Origin: an uncultured Actinomycetota bacterium
Lineage (GTDB): Bacteria > Actinomycetota > Actinomycetes > Propionibacteriales > Nocardioidaceae
Reading direction: 5' to 3'
Assembly (NCBI GenBank): GCA_963826155.1
Contig: CAWGVX010000002.1
Coordinates: forward strand, 455,814 to 519,813
DNA length: 64,000 bases
Below, one piece after another: positions 8,749-18,444 of this stretch. Below the pieces are notes generated by a model. The model worked only from the letters and a program-made list of their open reading frames with translations. It was not told the DNA's origin and ran no database searches. Position 1 is the first letter of the stretch. Every line of letters starts with the position of its first letter. Made by a program: the position numbers and the translations under genes.

Positions 8749-9528
8749 GTGGCCGATCCCTCGCTGACGACGATGCTCCTGCTGGGAGCGGCGGGGCTGA
8801 TGGCGGGGTTCGTCGACGCGGTGGTCGGCGGGGGCGGCCTGGTGCAGCTGCCCGCCGTGCTGCTCGGGCTGCCGGGCGCCAGCCCGGTCCAGGTGCTGGG
8901 CACCAACAAGCTCGCCTCGATCTGCGGCACGACCGTGAGCAGCGCGACGTACTACCGGCGCGTGCGGCCCGACCCGCGCACGTTCGGCCCGCTGATGCTG
9001 CTGGCGTTCACGGGGTCCGCGCTCGGAGCGGTGGCGGCCGCCCACATCCCGGAGGACGCCTTCGAGCCGATCGTGCTCGTGGCGCTGGTCCTGGTCGGGG
9101 GCTACGTGCTGTTCAAGCCCAGCCTCGGTGGGACCACGGCGCTGCGGTTCTCCGGCCACCGGCACACGCTCGCGGCGATGCTGACCGGCCTGGCCATCGG
9201 TTTCTACGACGGGGCGCTCGGCCCCGGCACCGGCAGCTTCTTCGTCTTCACGCTGGTCGGCCTGCTCGGCTACTCCTTCCTCGAGGCCTCGGCCAAGGCC
9301 CGCCTCGCCAACTGGGCCACGAACCTCGCCGCGCTGTGCGTGTTCGTGCCGCAGGGCGGCGTGCTGTGGAAGGTCGGCCTGGTGATGGGCGCCTGCAACC
9401 TGGCGGGCGGCTACCTCGGGGCGCGTACGGCGGTCGCCCGCGGCACCCGCTTCGTGCGGATCTTCTTCATCGCGGTCGTCTCCGCGTTCATCCTGCGCAT
9501 CGGCGGGGGCCTCGTGGGGGTCTGGTGA
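8749..9528 (+). CDS. TSUP (TauE/SafE) family transporter
   Basis: AGFVDAVVGGGGLVQLP, LGTNKLAS, GFYDGALGPGTGSF. Confidence 0.9.
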   Translation: MADPSLTTMLLLGAAGLMAGFVDAVVGGGGLVQLPAVLLGLPGASPVQVLGTNKLASICGTTVSSATYYRRVRPDPRTFGPLMLLAFTGSALGAVAAAHIPEDAFEPIVLVALVLVGGYVLFKPSLGGTTALRFSGHRHTLAAMLTGLAIGFYDGALGPGTGSFFVFTLVGLLGYSFLEASAKARLANWATNLAALCVFVPQGGVLWKVGLVMGACNLAGGYLGARTAVARGTRFVRIFFIAVVSAFILRIGGGLVGVW

Positions 9529-10154
9529 GCGACTCCTACCTGACCATCGCGCGGGACGGCGAGGCCGAGATCGAGGTCAAGCGGTCCCGGTTCCTGTGCA
9601 CGCTCGCGCGGGTCGAGGACGAGGAGGCGGCCCGGGCGGTGGTGGACCGGCTGCGCCGCCGGCACTGGGACGCGCGGCACCACTGCTCGGCGTTCGTGCT
9701 CGGTCCGGACGCAGCCGTCGAGCGGTCCAGCGACGACGGCGAGCCGGCCGGCACCGCGGGCGCGCCGATGCTGGAGGTGCTCCGGGGCCGCGGGGTCAGC
9801 GACGTGGTCGCGGTGGTGTCGCGCTGGTTCGGCGGGACGCTGCTCGGCGCCGGGGGACTGGTGCGGGCCTACGGCGACGCCGTACGCGCCGGTCTCGACG
9901 TGACCGGCACCCGACGCCGCGACCTGGTCCGCGAGCTCGACCTCGAGCTCGGCCACGCCGATGCCGGCCGGGTCGAGAGCGAGCTGCGGGCGCGGGGGAT
10001 CGCGGTGCTGGACACGACGTACGCCGCCGTCGTCACCCTGCGGCTCGGCGTCCCGGTCGCCGAGGTGGAGCGGCTGCACGCGCTGGTCGCCGAGCTGACG
10101 GGCGGCTCCGCGGCCGCCGTCGAGGCCGGCGAGCGCTGGGTCGACCGGCACTGA
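9525..10154 (+). CDS. YigZ/IMPACT family protein
   Basis: EIEVKRSRF, HWDARHHCSAF, SSDDGEPAGTAGAPML, RWFGGTLLGAGGLVRAY; GTGA overlap with upstream gene. Confidence 0.92.
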   Translation: MSDSYLTIARDGEAEIEVKRSRFLCTLARVEDEEAARAVVDRLRRRHWDARHHCSAFVLGPDAAVERSSDDGEPAGTAGAPMLEVLRGRGVSDVVAVVSRWFGGTLLGAGGLVRAYGDAVRAGLDVTGTRRRDLVRELDLELGHADAGRVESELRARGIAVLDTTYAAVVTLRLGVPVAEVERLHALVAELTGGSAAAVEAGERWVDRH

Positions 10155-10188
10155 GCCGGCCCGCCGGCCCCGGCGTAGCCTCGGGGCC

Positions 10189-10563
10189 ATGAGCATCCCC
10201 GTCGACGTGGCCGACCTGTCGAAGGCGCTGGGCGACTTCGGCGCCGGCTACCTGCTGACCGTCTCCGACCGCGCGCGGGTGAAGGCCGTGACCGTCGAGC
10301 CCTGGGTCCGCGACGGCGCGCTGGTGGTGTCCGGGCCGGGCAAGGGGTCGTGCGCCAACATCGCCGCCAACCCGGACGTCACCGTCATGTTCCCGCCGCT
10401 GGAGCAGCACGGCTTCACGCTGCTCGTCGACGGCACGGCCGAGGTCGACGGCGACGACGTGCTCGTCGTGCCGAGCCACGCCGTCCTGCACCGGCCGGCC
10501 GCGCACGCCGACGGACCGCCCGCGCCCGGTGGCTGCGGGAACGACTGCCACCAGGTCGGCTGA
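10189..10563 (+). CDS. Pyridoxamine 5'-phosphate oxidase-like small protein
   Basis: YLLTVSD...GKGSCANIAANPDVTVMFPP...TLLVDGTA. Confidence 0.7.
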   Translation: MSIPVDVADLSKALGDFGAGYLLTVSDRARVKAVTVEPWVRDGALVVSGPGKGSCANIAANPDVTVMFPPLEQHGFTLLVDGTAEVDGDDVLVVPSHAVLHRPAAHADGPPAPGGCGNDCHQVG

Positions 10564-10587
10564 CCCGGGCCGGCGGTCGGCCGGCGA

Positions 10588-10711
10588 GCGGTGCGTGGTC
10601 CACCGTTCTCGCCGCCCGGACGGTGGACCAGGCACCGCCGGCGTGATCGCGCCGCGGGCGGCGGTGAGTGGTCCACCGGTTCCGCGGGTCGGACGGTGGA
10701 CAGCGCACCGC
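10588..10711. repeat. Paired 51-bp palindromic REP-like units (73-bp period)
   Basis: GCGGTG.GTGGTCCACCG-N-CGGTGGAC...CACCGC at 10588-10638 and 10661-10711. Confidence 0.8.
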
Positions 10712-10759
10712 CGCTGCGGGCATTGCCACGCGTCGGCCCGCCGCCTACGGTCGGCGATC

Positions 10760-11128
10760 ATGACGACCCCGGCCACGCCGTTCTGGCTCAGTGCGTTCCT
10801 CGACCTCGTGCCCGACGAGCACGCGCAGGCGGCCGCGTTCTGGCAGGCCGTGACGGGCTACACGACGTCGGAGCCCCGCGACGAGCAAGACGAGTTCTCG
10901 CGGCTGGAGCGGGACGAGCCCCTCCCGATCCAGCTGCTGCTCCAGCGGCTCGAGGAACCGACCGGTCGGGTGCGGGCCCACCTCGACGTGGCCACCACCG
11001 ACCGGGCCGCGGAGACGGCCCGGCACGAGGCGCTCGGTGCGAGCGTCCTGGACACGAACGACCGCGGCTGGACGGTGCTGCGGCCGCCCGCCGGCCCGGC
11101 GTACTGCCTCACCGACCGCACGCCCTGA
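10760..11128 (+). CDS. VOC/glyoxalase-like protein (single domain)
   Basis: AAAFWQAVTGY, RVRAHLDVATTD, WTVLRPPAGPAYCL. Confidence 0.75.
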   Translation: MTTPATPFWLSAFLDLVPDEHAQAAAFWQAVTGYTTSEPRDEQDEFSRLERDEPLPIQLLLQRLEEPTGRVRAHLDVATTDRAAETARHEALGASVLDTNDRGWTVLRPPAGPAYCLTDRTP

Positions 11129-11542
11129 CCGCACGCCCTGCCTCGAGTCGCGCCCCCACGGCTGGACCGGGTCGCACCCGCTGCCGCTGAGGCGGTAGCC
11201 GGGCGTGGTGACGTCCACCCGCGCGCTCCAGGTCGCGGTCCCGTCGGACCAGCGGAACACGCCGACCACACCTCCCGGCAGCGCCGCGACCAGCGTCGCG
11301 GCGTCCGCCCCTCGCAGGCACGCGGCGACGTCGCCCGGCGACCCGCCCGTCGGTGCACAGGCTGAGCATCGCGGCGCCGCACCCGTCGTGCCCGCGGCGC
11401 CGGCCGGCACCCACAGGCCGAGCAGCAGCGCCGGCAGCGCCCAGATCCCCCAGCCCGACATGTGCCGATCGTGGGGTCGGTGCGCGCTGCTGTCCGCGAA
11501 ACCGGGTGGATCGGTGCCGAGACGGCGCCCTAGCGTGACGCC

Positions 11543-12061
11543 ATGACCACCGAGCGCGTCGACCCGCCCCTGGCCGCCGACGAGAGGTCCACGCTGCTGG
11601 GCTTCCTGGCCTTCCACCGCGACACCCTGCGGATGAAGACCGAGGGGTTGGACGCCGCGCAGCTCCACGCCACGCACGCCCCGTCCACGATGACGCTGGG
11701 CGGCATGCTCAAGCACCTCGCGCTCGTGGAGGACTGGTGGTTCTCGTGCGTCTTCCTCGGCCGCGACGAGGCCGAGCCGTGGGCCACGGTGGACTGGAAG
11801 GCCGACGCCGACTGGGAGTGGCACAGCGCCGTCGACGACAGCCCCGAGGAGCTGCGCTCGCTCTTCGACCGGGCGTGTGCGGCCTCCGACGAGGTGATCG
11901 CCGGTGTCGAGGACTGGTCGACGCTGTCCCAGCGCACCGGCCGCGAGGGCGGGCGGTTCAGCATGCGGTGGATCATCGTGCACATGATCGAGGAGTACGC
12001 CCGCCACAACGGGCACGCCGACCTGATCCGGGAGTCGATCGACGGCGCGACGGGGGAGTGA
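11543..12061 (+). CDS. DinB/DUF664 family protein
   Basis: ADERSTLLGFLAFHRDTL, TLGGMLKHLALVEDWWF, WIIVHMIEEYARHNGHADLIRESIDG. Confidence 0.92.
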   Translation: MTTERVDPPLAADERSTLLGFLAFHRDTLRMKTEGLDAAQLHATHAPSTMTLGGMLKHLALVEDWWFSCVFLGRDEAEPWATVDWKADADWEWHSAVDDSPEELRSLFDRACAASDEVIAGVEDWSTLSQRTGREGGRFSMRWIIVHMIEEYARHNGHADLIRESIDGATGE

Positions 12062-12069
12062 CCGCGGCG

Positions 12070-12582
12070 ATGGGCGACCCGCGGATCCGCACCGCCACCG
12101 ACGAGGACTGGTGGCGCATCTGGCCGTTCTTCGACGCGACCGTGCAGGAGGGCGAGACCTACGCGTTCCCCCTCGACCTCACCGTCGAGACCGGCCGCGG
12201 CTGGTGGATGGAGCAGCCGCCCGGGCAGACCGTGGTGCTCGAGGAGGACCTGCCCGGCTCGGGGCCGACCCTCCTCGGCAGCGCCAAGATGGGCCCGAAC
12301 CGGCCCGGGCACGGCGACCACGTCGGCACCGCGTCGTTCATGGTCGCGCCGGAGGCGCGCGGCCGCGGCGTCGGCCGGGCGCTGGGCGAGCACGTGGTCG
12401 CCTGGCACCGCGAACGCGGGTTCCGCGGCATCCAGTTCAACGCCGTGGTCGAGACCAACACCGCCGCGGTCGGCCTGTGGCGCTCGCTGGGCTTCGAGGT
12501 GGTCGGCACGGTCCCGGGTGCCTTCCGCTCACCCGCCCACGGGTACGTCGGGCTGCACGTGATGCACCTGTCGCTGGTCTAG
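12070..12582 (+). CDS. GNAT family N-acetyltransferase
   Basis: HVGTASFMVAPEARGRGVGRALG, FNAVVETNTAAVGLWRSLGF. Confidence 0.9.
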   Translation: MGDPRIRTATDEDWWRIWPFFDATVQEGETYAFPLDLTVETGRGWWMEQPPGQTVVLEEDLPGSGPTLLGSAKMGPNRPGHGDHVGTASFMVAPEARGRGVGRALGEHVVAWHRERGFRGIQFNAVVETNTAAVGLWRSLGFEVVGTVPGAFRSPAHGYVGLHVMHLSLV

Positions 12583-12601
12583 CAGCCGACCCGCCCGGAC
12601 G

Positions 12602-13471
12602 TCATCCGTCCGATCCCGGCTCGTGCAGGTCGGCGTCCACCGCCGCGCGGACCAGCGCGAGCGCCTCCTCGACGCTGCCGGTCACGTCCTGGATCGGGAA
12701 GAGCGTGCCGCGCACGACCCGGTCGCGGTCCACGACGAGGGTGAGCCGCTTGAGCCGCGGGGTGCCGTGCAGGCGGAAGGTGGGCAGCCGCAGCGCGGTG
12801 GTCAGGCCCAGGTCCTCGTCGGAGAACAGCGGGAACCCGATGCCGTTCCGGTGGGCGAACTCCGCCTGCTCGTCCGGCCGCTGGGTGCTCACCCCGACCA
12901 CGCGGGCGCCGAGCGCGGCGAAGTCGTCGAGGCGGTCGCGGTAGGTGCAGGACTCCAGGGTGCAACCGGCGCCGCCGGGGACGGCGTCGACGCCGACCAG
13001 GGCCGAGCCCGGGTAGCAGTAGATCACCGTGTGCGACGCCGAGCCCGCCGGTCCGAGCGGGTCGGGGTCGAGGGCGGGCACCGTCGTGCCGACCAGGGCG
13101 GCGACGCGGTGCGCCTCCGCTGTCTCGATGGCGGACGTGGCGCTGGTCGAGCCGTCGCCGAGCAGCCAGGTGTCGCCCCACTCCTGCAGTGCGGCGAGCA
13201 CCGGCAGCGCGGCGCGGCCACGCTCGGTGAGGTGGTACTCGAAGCGCTCCGGTCGCTCCTGGTAGCGGACCCGGCGCAGCACGTCGGCCCCGACCAGGGC
13301 GGTCAGTCGTTGGGTGAGCACCTTGCGGGAGATGCCGCTCTCGGCGAGCAGCTGCTCGAAGCGGGTGCGGCCGCGGGCGAGGTCGCGGAGCACCAGCACC
13401 GACCAGGCGTCGCCGAGCACGCCGACCGCGTGCGCCACACCGCAGTCGTCCTCGGGGGTGCGCCTGGTCAT
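12602..13471 (-). CDS. HxlR-type winged-HTH regulator fused to a peroxiredoxin (AhpC/BCP-like) domain
   Basis: N-terminal VLGDAWSVLVLRD...EYHLTERG; C-terminal YCYPG...GCTLESCTYRD...FPLFSDEDL...LKRLTLVVD. Confidence 0.85.
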   Translation of the reverse strand: MTRRTPEDDCGVAHAVGVLGDAWSVLVLRDLARGRTRFEQLLAESGISRKVLTQRLTALVGADVLRRVRYQERPERFEYHLTERGRAALPVLAALQEWGDTWLLGDGSTSATSAIETAEAHRVAALVGTTVPALDPDPLGPAGSASHTVIYCYPGSALVGVDAVPGGAGCTLESCTYRDRLDDFAALGARVVGVSTQRPDEQAEFAHRNGIGFPLFSDEDLGLTTALRLPTFRLHGTPRLKRLTLVVDRDRVVRGTLFPIQDVTGSVEEALALVRAAVDADLHEPGSDG

Positions 13472-13523
13472 GCCCCCACCCTATAGTGCGTCTCCTATAG
13501 AAACTGACTGGGAGGAGAGCGAC

Positions 13524-14702
13524 GTGCGGGACGTCCCCCGGCTGGTGTGGGTGCTGGCGGCCGGCCGGTTCGCGAGCTCGGCCAGCTCCTTCCTGATGCT
13601 GTTCCTGACGCTTTACCTCACTGGTCCGCGCGGCCTGCCGGTGCCGGTGGCCGGGGTCGTCGCCGGGACGTACGGCGTGGGCCTGCTGGTCGGCAACTTC
13701 ACCGGCGGCCGGTGGGGCGACCGGTTCGGCCATCGCAGCACGCTCGTCGGCTGCTCGACCGTCTCCGGCCTGGGCGTGGCCGCGATCCCGTGGCTGCCGC
13801 TGCCGGTGCTGGCGGTCGCGCTGCCGGTGCTGGCCTACCTCTCGGCCACGGCCGCGGTCTCCACCGGTGCGCTGAGCGCGCTGGCGGTCCGGCGCGGCGA
13901 CCGCCGTACGGCGGTGGCGATCGGCCGTGCCGCCTCGAACGCCGGCTTCGTGCTCGGGCCGCCGCTGGGCGCGCTGCTCGTGGCGCGCGGCTTCGACGCG
14001 CTGTTCGTCGTCGACGGGCTGATGACCCTCGCGGTGCGGTTCGCGGTCGCCCACAGCCTGCCGCGCGAGGAGCGGCCCGAGTCCGGTGACCGGCCCGGGC
14101 CGAGCCTGTGGCGGGCGCTGCGCGCCGACCGGGCGCTGATGATGCTGCTGCCGGCGGTCGTCCTGGTCGACGTCGTCTACCGCCAGCTCTACACCACGCT
14201 GCCGATCCACCTGCGCGATGCCGGCCAGCCGGTGGGGCTCTACACCGCGCTGATCGCGGTCGGCTCCGGGCTGATCCTGCTCCTGGAGGTCCCCGTGGCG
14301 CTCCGCCTGCGGCGGTTCTCCTCGCACCCGATCATCGCCGCGGGGTACGCCCTGGTCGGCGTCGGTTTCGCGCTCTTCGCGCTGCCGGTCTCCGCGACCA
14401 CCGCGGTCCTCGCGATGGCGGTGCTCACCGCGGGCGAGATCCTCTACAAGACCACCGCGACCGCACACGTCCTCGACGCCGCGCCCGACCACCTCGTCGG
14501 CCAGTACCAGGGGCTCTACACCGGCGCCGCCACCAGCGGCATGATGCTCGCCGCCCCGATCGGGACGGCGGTCTACGCGCTGGCGCCCGGGCTGCTCTGG
14601 CCGGCCTGCGGCCTGGCCGGCCTGCTCGCGGCGTACGTCGTCCTCGCCTCCGGCCGCAGTCCGGTCAGACCGGCTCGGCGAACCCCGGCAGGTAGTCGGT
14701 GA
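13524..14702 (+). CDS. MFS transporter
   Basis: About 12 hydrophobic segments; motif A GGRWGDRFGHR; GTG after GGAGGAGA. Confidence 0.85.
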   Translation: MRDVPRLVWVLAAGRFASSASSFLMLFLTLYLTGPRGLPVPVAGVVAGTYGVGLLVGNFTGGRWGDRFGHRSTLVGCSTVSGLGVAAIPWLPLPVLAVALPVLAYLSATAAVSTGALSALAVRRGDRRTAVAIGRAASNAGFVLGPPLGALLVARGFDALFVVDGLMTLAVRFAVAHSLPREERPESGDRPGPSLWRALRADRALMMLLPAVVLVDVVYRQLYTTLPIHLRDAGQPVGLYTALIAVGSGLILLLEVPVALRLRRFSSHPIIAAGYALVGVGFALFALPVSATTAVLAMAVLTAGEILYKTTATAHVLDAAPDHLVGQYQGLYTGAATSGMMLAAPIGTAVYALAPGLLWPACGLAGLLAAYVVLASGRSPVRPARRTPAGSR

Positions 14703-16002
14703 GGATCGCGCGGAACGGCGCCTCGGCCTCGAGCTGGCTGAGCAGGCCGACGCCGCCGAGCCAGGTGCGGTGGATGAGGAGGTACGCCGGGGGAAGGTTC
14801 AGCTTCATCGCCACGGTGTACGACGGCTCCCTGGGGTCGTTGATCCGCGCGAACTGGGTGCGCATCCACGCCCGCGAGAAGCGGAACCGCTCGACCTGGG
14901 TCGGCTCCACGAACGGGCCGAGGTACTCCAGCAGCAGGTGCGGGTCGACCGAGATGCCGTCCTTGATGAACCCCTCCGCACGCAGCCCCTCGACCAGCCG
15001 GTCCTCGTCCTCGTCCGAGGCGATCCGGATCAGCCGGCCCATCGCCTCGGGCAGGCCCTGGGCGGGGAGTCGGGCGACCGCGCCGAAGTCGAGCACGCCG
15101 AGCTGGCCGGGGTGGCCCTCGGCGTCGGGGATGACCCGGAAGTTCCCGGGGTGGGGGTCGGCGTGCAGCATGCCGGTGCGCGCCGGGCCGGAGAACAGGA
15201 AGCGGACCAGGATCTCGCCGTAGTGGTCGCGCTCCTCCTGGGTGCCCTCGGCGATGACCGTGGCGAGCGAGGCGGGGCTCTCCAGCCACTCGGTGACCAG
15301 CACCGTGGTGCCGACCGCGACCACCGCGGGCACCACGATCTCGGGGTCGTCGCGGAACGCCTCGTGGAAGGCGGTCTGCGCCTCCGCCTCGAGGTGGTAG
15401 TCCAGCTCGTCCTCGGCCCGCGCCTGCAGCTCGGCGATCAGCGGCTTGATGTCGACGCCGGGCACCAGGGTGCCGACGGTGCGGGCCAGCCGGGCGAGCT
15501 GGCGCAGGTCGGAGCGCAGGGCGTCACCGGCGCCCGGGTACTGCACCTTGACCGCGACCTCGCGGCCGTCGTGCCACCGGCCCTTGTGGACCTGGCCGAT
15601 CGAGGCCGCAGCCGAGGGGCCGCCGTCGAGCCAGACCAGCCGCTCGCGCCAGTCCTCGCCGAGGTCGCGGGCCAGGATCTCGCGCACGGTCTGCGTCGGC
15701 ATCGGCGGCGCGGAGTCCTGCAGCTTGGTGAGCTGGTCGCGGTAGGGCCCGGCGACCTCGTCGGGGAGGGCGGCCTCGAGCACCGAGAGTGCCTGCCCGA
15801 ACTTCATCGCCCCGCCCTTGAGCTCGCCCAGGGTGCGGAAGAGCTGCTCGGCGGTGCGCTGCTGGATGTCGGTCATCACGGCCTCGGCCGGCTTGCCGCC
15901 GAGCCGCTTGCCGAGCCCGAGCGCGCTGCGGCCCGCGTAGCCGAGCGGGAGCGCGGCGAGCCGGGCCGTGCGGCGCGCGGCGTTGCGCGGGAGGTCGTTC
16001 AC
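14665..16002 (-). CDS. ABC1/UbiB (AarF) atypical kinase
   Basis: LKGGAMKFGQ, AAASIGQVH, VAVKVQYPG, HADPHPGNF, LDFG. Confidence 0.92.
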   Translation of the reverse strand: MNDLPRNAARRTARLAALPLGYAGRSALGLGKRLGGKPAEAVMTDIQQRTAEQLFRTLGELKGGAMKFGQALSVLEAALPDEVAGPYRDQLTKLQDSAPPMPTQTVREILARDLGEDWRERLVWLDGGPSAAASIGQVHKGRWHDGREVAVKVQYPGAGDALRSDLRQLARLARTVGTLVPGVDIKPLIAELQARAEDELDYHLEAEAQTAFHEAFRDDPEIVVPAVVAVGTTVLVTEWLESPASLATVIAEGTQEERDHYGEILVRFLFSGPARTGMLHADPHPGNFRVIPDAEGHPGQLGVLDFGAVARLPAQGLPEAMGRLIRIASDEDEDRLVEGLRAEGFIKDGISVDPHLLLEYLGPFVEPTQVERFRFSRAWMRTQFARINDPREPSYTVAMKLNLPPAYLLIHRTWLGGVGLLSQLEAEAPFRAILTDYLPGFAEPV

Positions 16003-16095
16003 GACACCCTCCCGCGCGCACGGCTGGACCCGGAGTGAGACATCGGCTCGATGCTACCGAGCCGATGGTCGCCGGAGGCTCCGCCGAGGCCGGAC

Positions 16096-16503
16096 CTAGT
16101 GCACGGTGAGGGTGATCGTCCTGCTCGAGCTCGCGATCTCGGGGTCGCGGGGGTCGCCGACCACCCGGAGCATCCGCTCACCGGTCATCTGCAGCGCGAT
16201 GCGCAGCCGGTAGCGGTCGTTGCGGTTGGTCTGCTGCACCGCGCCGGGCAGCAGGTGCCACCGGCCGTTGCGCAGGGTCTTCACGCGGACGGTCGCGGGC
16301 ACCCGCTCGCCCTGCGACCAGACGGCGCCGGACAGGTGGAAGCGCGCGCCCGCGGCCGGCATGGTGTCGTCGGCGTGCGCGGTGGTGCGGCTCGGGGAGA
16401 GGGTGGGTGCCGCGGCGTTGGCCCCGGCCGGGACGGCCAGGGTGGCGGCGGCGGCGAGCGCCACGAGTGCGACGCCGGTACGGCGGGTGTGGGTGATGTC
16501 CAT
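16096..16503 (-). CDS. Hypothetical secreted protein
   Basis: Signal peptide RRTGVALVALAAAATLAVPAGANA; beta-rich basic mature part. Confidence 0.6.
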   Translation of the reverse strand: MDITHTRRTGVALVALAAAATLAVPAGANAAAPTLSPSRTTAHADDTMPAAGARFHLSGAVWSQGERVPATVRVKTLRNGRWHLLPGAVQQTNRNDRYRLRIALQMTGERMLRVVGDPRDPEIASSSRTITLTVH

Positions 16504-16616
16504 GCCTCGACGGTGCGCGGCGCCGCCGGGCCGGGGGACGGGCAGACGGTCACGAGCCCCCCGGCGAAGGACCCGTGCCGAGGCGACCGGACGGCCCGTG
16601 GCCCGGATCGTCCGCG

Positions 16617-17477
16617 TCAGCTCGTGACGTCCTTGCCGGCGAATCGCGCCCACGCGGCGAGGAAGAACACCACCGCGTACGCCGCCGCGACGTAGAGCCC
16701 GTGGGCGAGGCCGCCCCAGGCGATGGGGTCGCGGAACAGGTCGCCGAAGGCGGCCCAGTTGTGCGTGATCAGGTAGGGGTGGATCCAGGAGACCTGCGGG
16801 ATCGAGTCCAGGATGAAGCTGGAGGTGCTGAACACGACGACCGCGATCGTCGCCCCGATCGGCTGCTCGGTCAGCGTGGAGATGAACAGCCCCACCGCGC
16901 CGAGGGAGGCCATGCCGCAGGCGAGGTACGCCGTGGCGAGCGCGACGCGTCCCGCGCCCTCGGCGAAGCCGACCTGGGTGCCCGACAGCAGGGTCATCGG
17001 TCCGCCGCCGAAGAGCAGCAGCCCCACGACCACCCCCGTGACCGCGACGAGGAAGGTCGCGGTGAACGCGCCCACCACGAGCGCGGCGTACTTCACCGCC
17101 AGCAGCCTGGGCCGCGAGACCGGCACGGCGAGCAGGTAGCGCAGCGTGCCGAGGTTCGCCTCGCCGGCCACCGAGTCGCCGGCGACCACGGCGACCGCCA
17201 ACGGCAGGAAGAGGCCCATCTCGATGGTCAGCGCCGCGAGGGCCACGAAGAGGCCGTTCTCGGTGATCGAGCGGAAGAAGTCGGGGGCGTCCCGTCCCGG
17301 GCGGGAGGCCTGCAGCCGGACGGCGATCCCGATCAGGATCGGCACGCCGGCCAGCACCAGCAGGCCGGCGAGGTTGCGCCGCCGGCGCAGCATCAGCCGC
17401 AGCTCGGAGAGCAGGAACCGCGGGGAGGGGCCGCGACGGGCCGCCGGCCGCGCGACGGCTGCCTCAGCCGCTGACAT
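16617..17477 (-). CDS. ABC-2 type permease
   Basis: GDSVAGEANLGTLRYLLAVPVSRPRLLAVK; six TM segments; overlaps the ATPase gene. Confidence 0.9.
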   Translation of the reverse strand: MSAAEAAVARPAARRGPSPRFLLSELRLMLRRRRNLAGLLVLAGVPILIGIAVRLQASRPGRDAPDFFRSITENGLFVALAALTIEMGLFLPLAVAVVAGDSVAGEANLGTLRYLLAVPVSRPRLLAVKYAALVVGAFTATFLVAVTGVVVGLLLFGGGPMTLLSGTQVGFAEGAGRVALATAYLACGMASLGAVGLFISTLTEQPIGATIAVVVFSTSSFILDSIPQVSWIHPYLITHNWAAFGDLFRDPIAWGGLAHGLYVAAAYAVVFFLAAWARFAGKDVTS

Positions 17478-18444
17478 CGAAGCCCTCCCCGGTGAGCGAG
17501 ACGAAGATGTCCTCCAGCGTCGGGGCGTCGACCGCGAACCCGGTGACCGCCAGCCCCCGGTGCACACAGGCCGAGACGACCTTCTCCGGCGCGACGCCGG
17601 ACAGTCGGCCGACGGCCCGGGAGCGCACGACGCGGACGTCGGTGAGCCCGAGCTCGCGCATCAGGGCCGCGGCCTCGGCCGGCTGGTCGGTGTCGACGTG
17701 GGCCTCGGCCTCGCGGTCCCCGCGCAGCTCCGCGGCCGTGCCCTGGGCCACCAGCCGCCCGACGTGCATGACGCCGATGTGGGTGCAGACCTGTTCCACC
17801 TCGGCGAGCAGGTGGCTGGAGACCAGGACCGTCGTGCCGTCCTCGGCCAGCGACCCGATGAGGGTGCGCACCTCGCGGGTGCCCTGCGGGTCGAGCCCGT
17901 TGGTCGGCTCGTCGAGCACCATCAGGTCCTTCGGGGTCAGCAGTGCGGCGGCGATGGCCAGCCGCTGGCGCATGCCGAGCGAGTAGGCGCGGTAGCGCTT
18001 GCCCGCCGCCGGCAGCAGGCCGACGCGGTCGAGGGCCCGGTCGACGCGGCGTCCGGCGGTGCCCCGGTCGGTGGTCCGGTCGGCGGCGTCGAGGCGGAAC
18101 AGGTTGTCGCGGCCGGACAGGTAGGGATGGAACGCCGGCCCCTCGACCAGCGCCCCGACGCGGGGCAGCACCCGGTCGGCCCGGCCCGGGATCGGCTGCC
18201 CGAGCAGCTCCACGCTGCCCGCGGTGGGGGTGACCAGGCCGAGCAGCATCCGGATCGTGGTGGTCTTGCCCGAGCCGTTGGGACCGAGGAACCCGTAGAC
18301 GGCCCCCGCCGGCACGGTCACGTCGATGTCGTCCACGGCGGTCTGGTGGCCGAACCGCTTGACCAGGCCCCGGGTCCGGACCGCGGTCGCGCCCTCGGGC
18401 CCGCGCTCGAGCAGCGGCGCGGGGCCGCCGGCGAGCGCGGTCAC
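17464..18444 (-). CDS. ABC transporter ATP-binding protein
   Basis: GPNGSGKTT, YSLGMRQR, LDEPTNGLD, SSHLL. Confidence 0.92.
   Translation of the reverse strand: MTALAGGPAPLLERGPEGATAVRTRGLVKRFGHQTAVDDIDVTVPAGAVYGFLGPNGSGKTTTIRMLLGLVTPTAGSVELLGQPIPGRADRVLPRVGALVEGPAFHPYLSGRDNLFRLDAADRTTDRGTAGRRVDRALDRVGLLPAAGKRYRAYSLGMRQRLAIAAALLTPKDLMVLDEPTNGLDPQGTREVRTLIGSLAEDGTTVLVSSHLLAEVEQVCTHIGVMHVGRLVAQGTAAELRGDREAEAHVDTDQPAEAAALMRELGLTDVRVVRSRAVGRLSGVAPEKVVSACVHRGLAVTGFAVDAPTLEDIFVSLTGEGFDVSG

Noticed and set aside
10588-10711. CRISPR-like interpretation of the paired hairpins, and of 6534-6597 and 41611-41734
   Set aside because: Only 2-3 units, no unique spacers of constant length, and no cas genes in the window.
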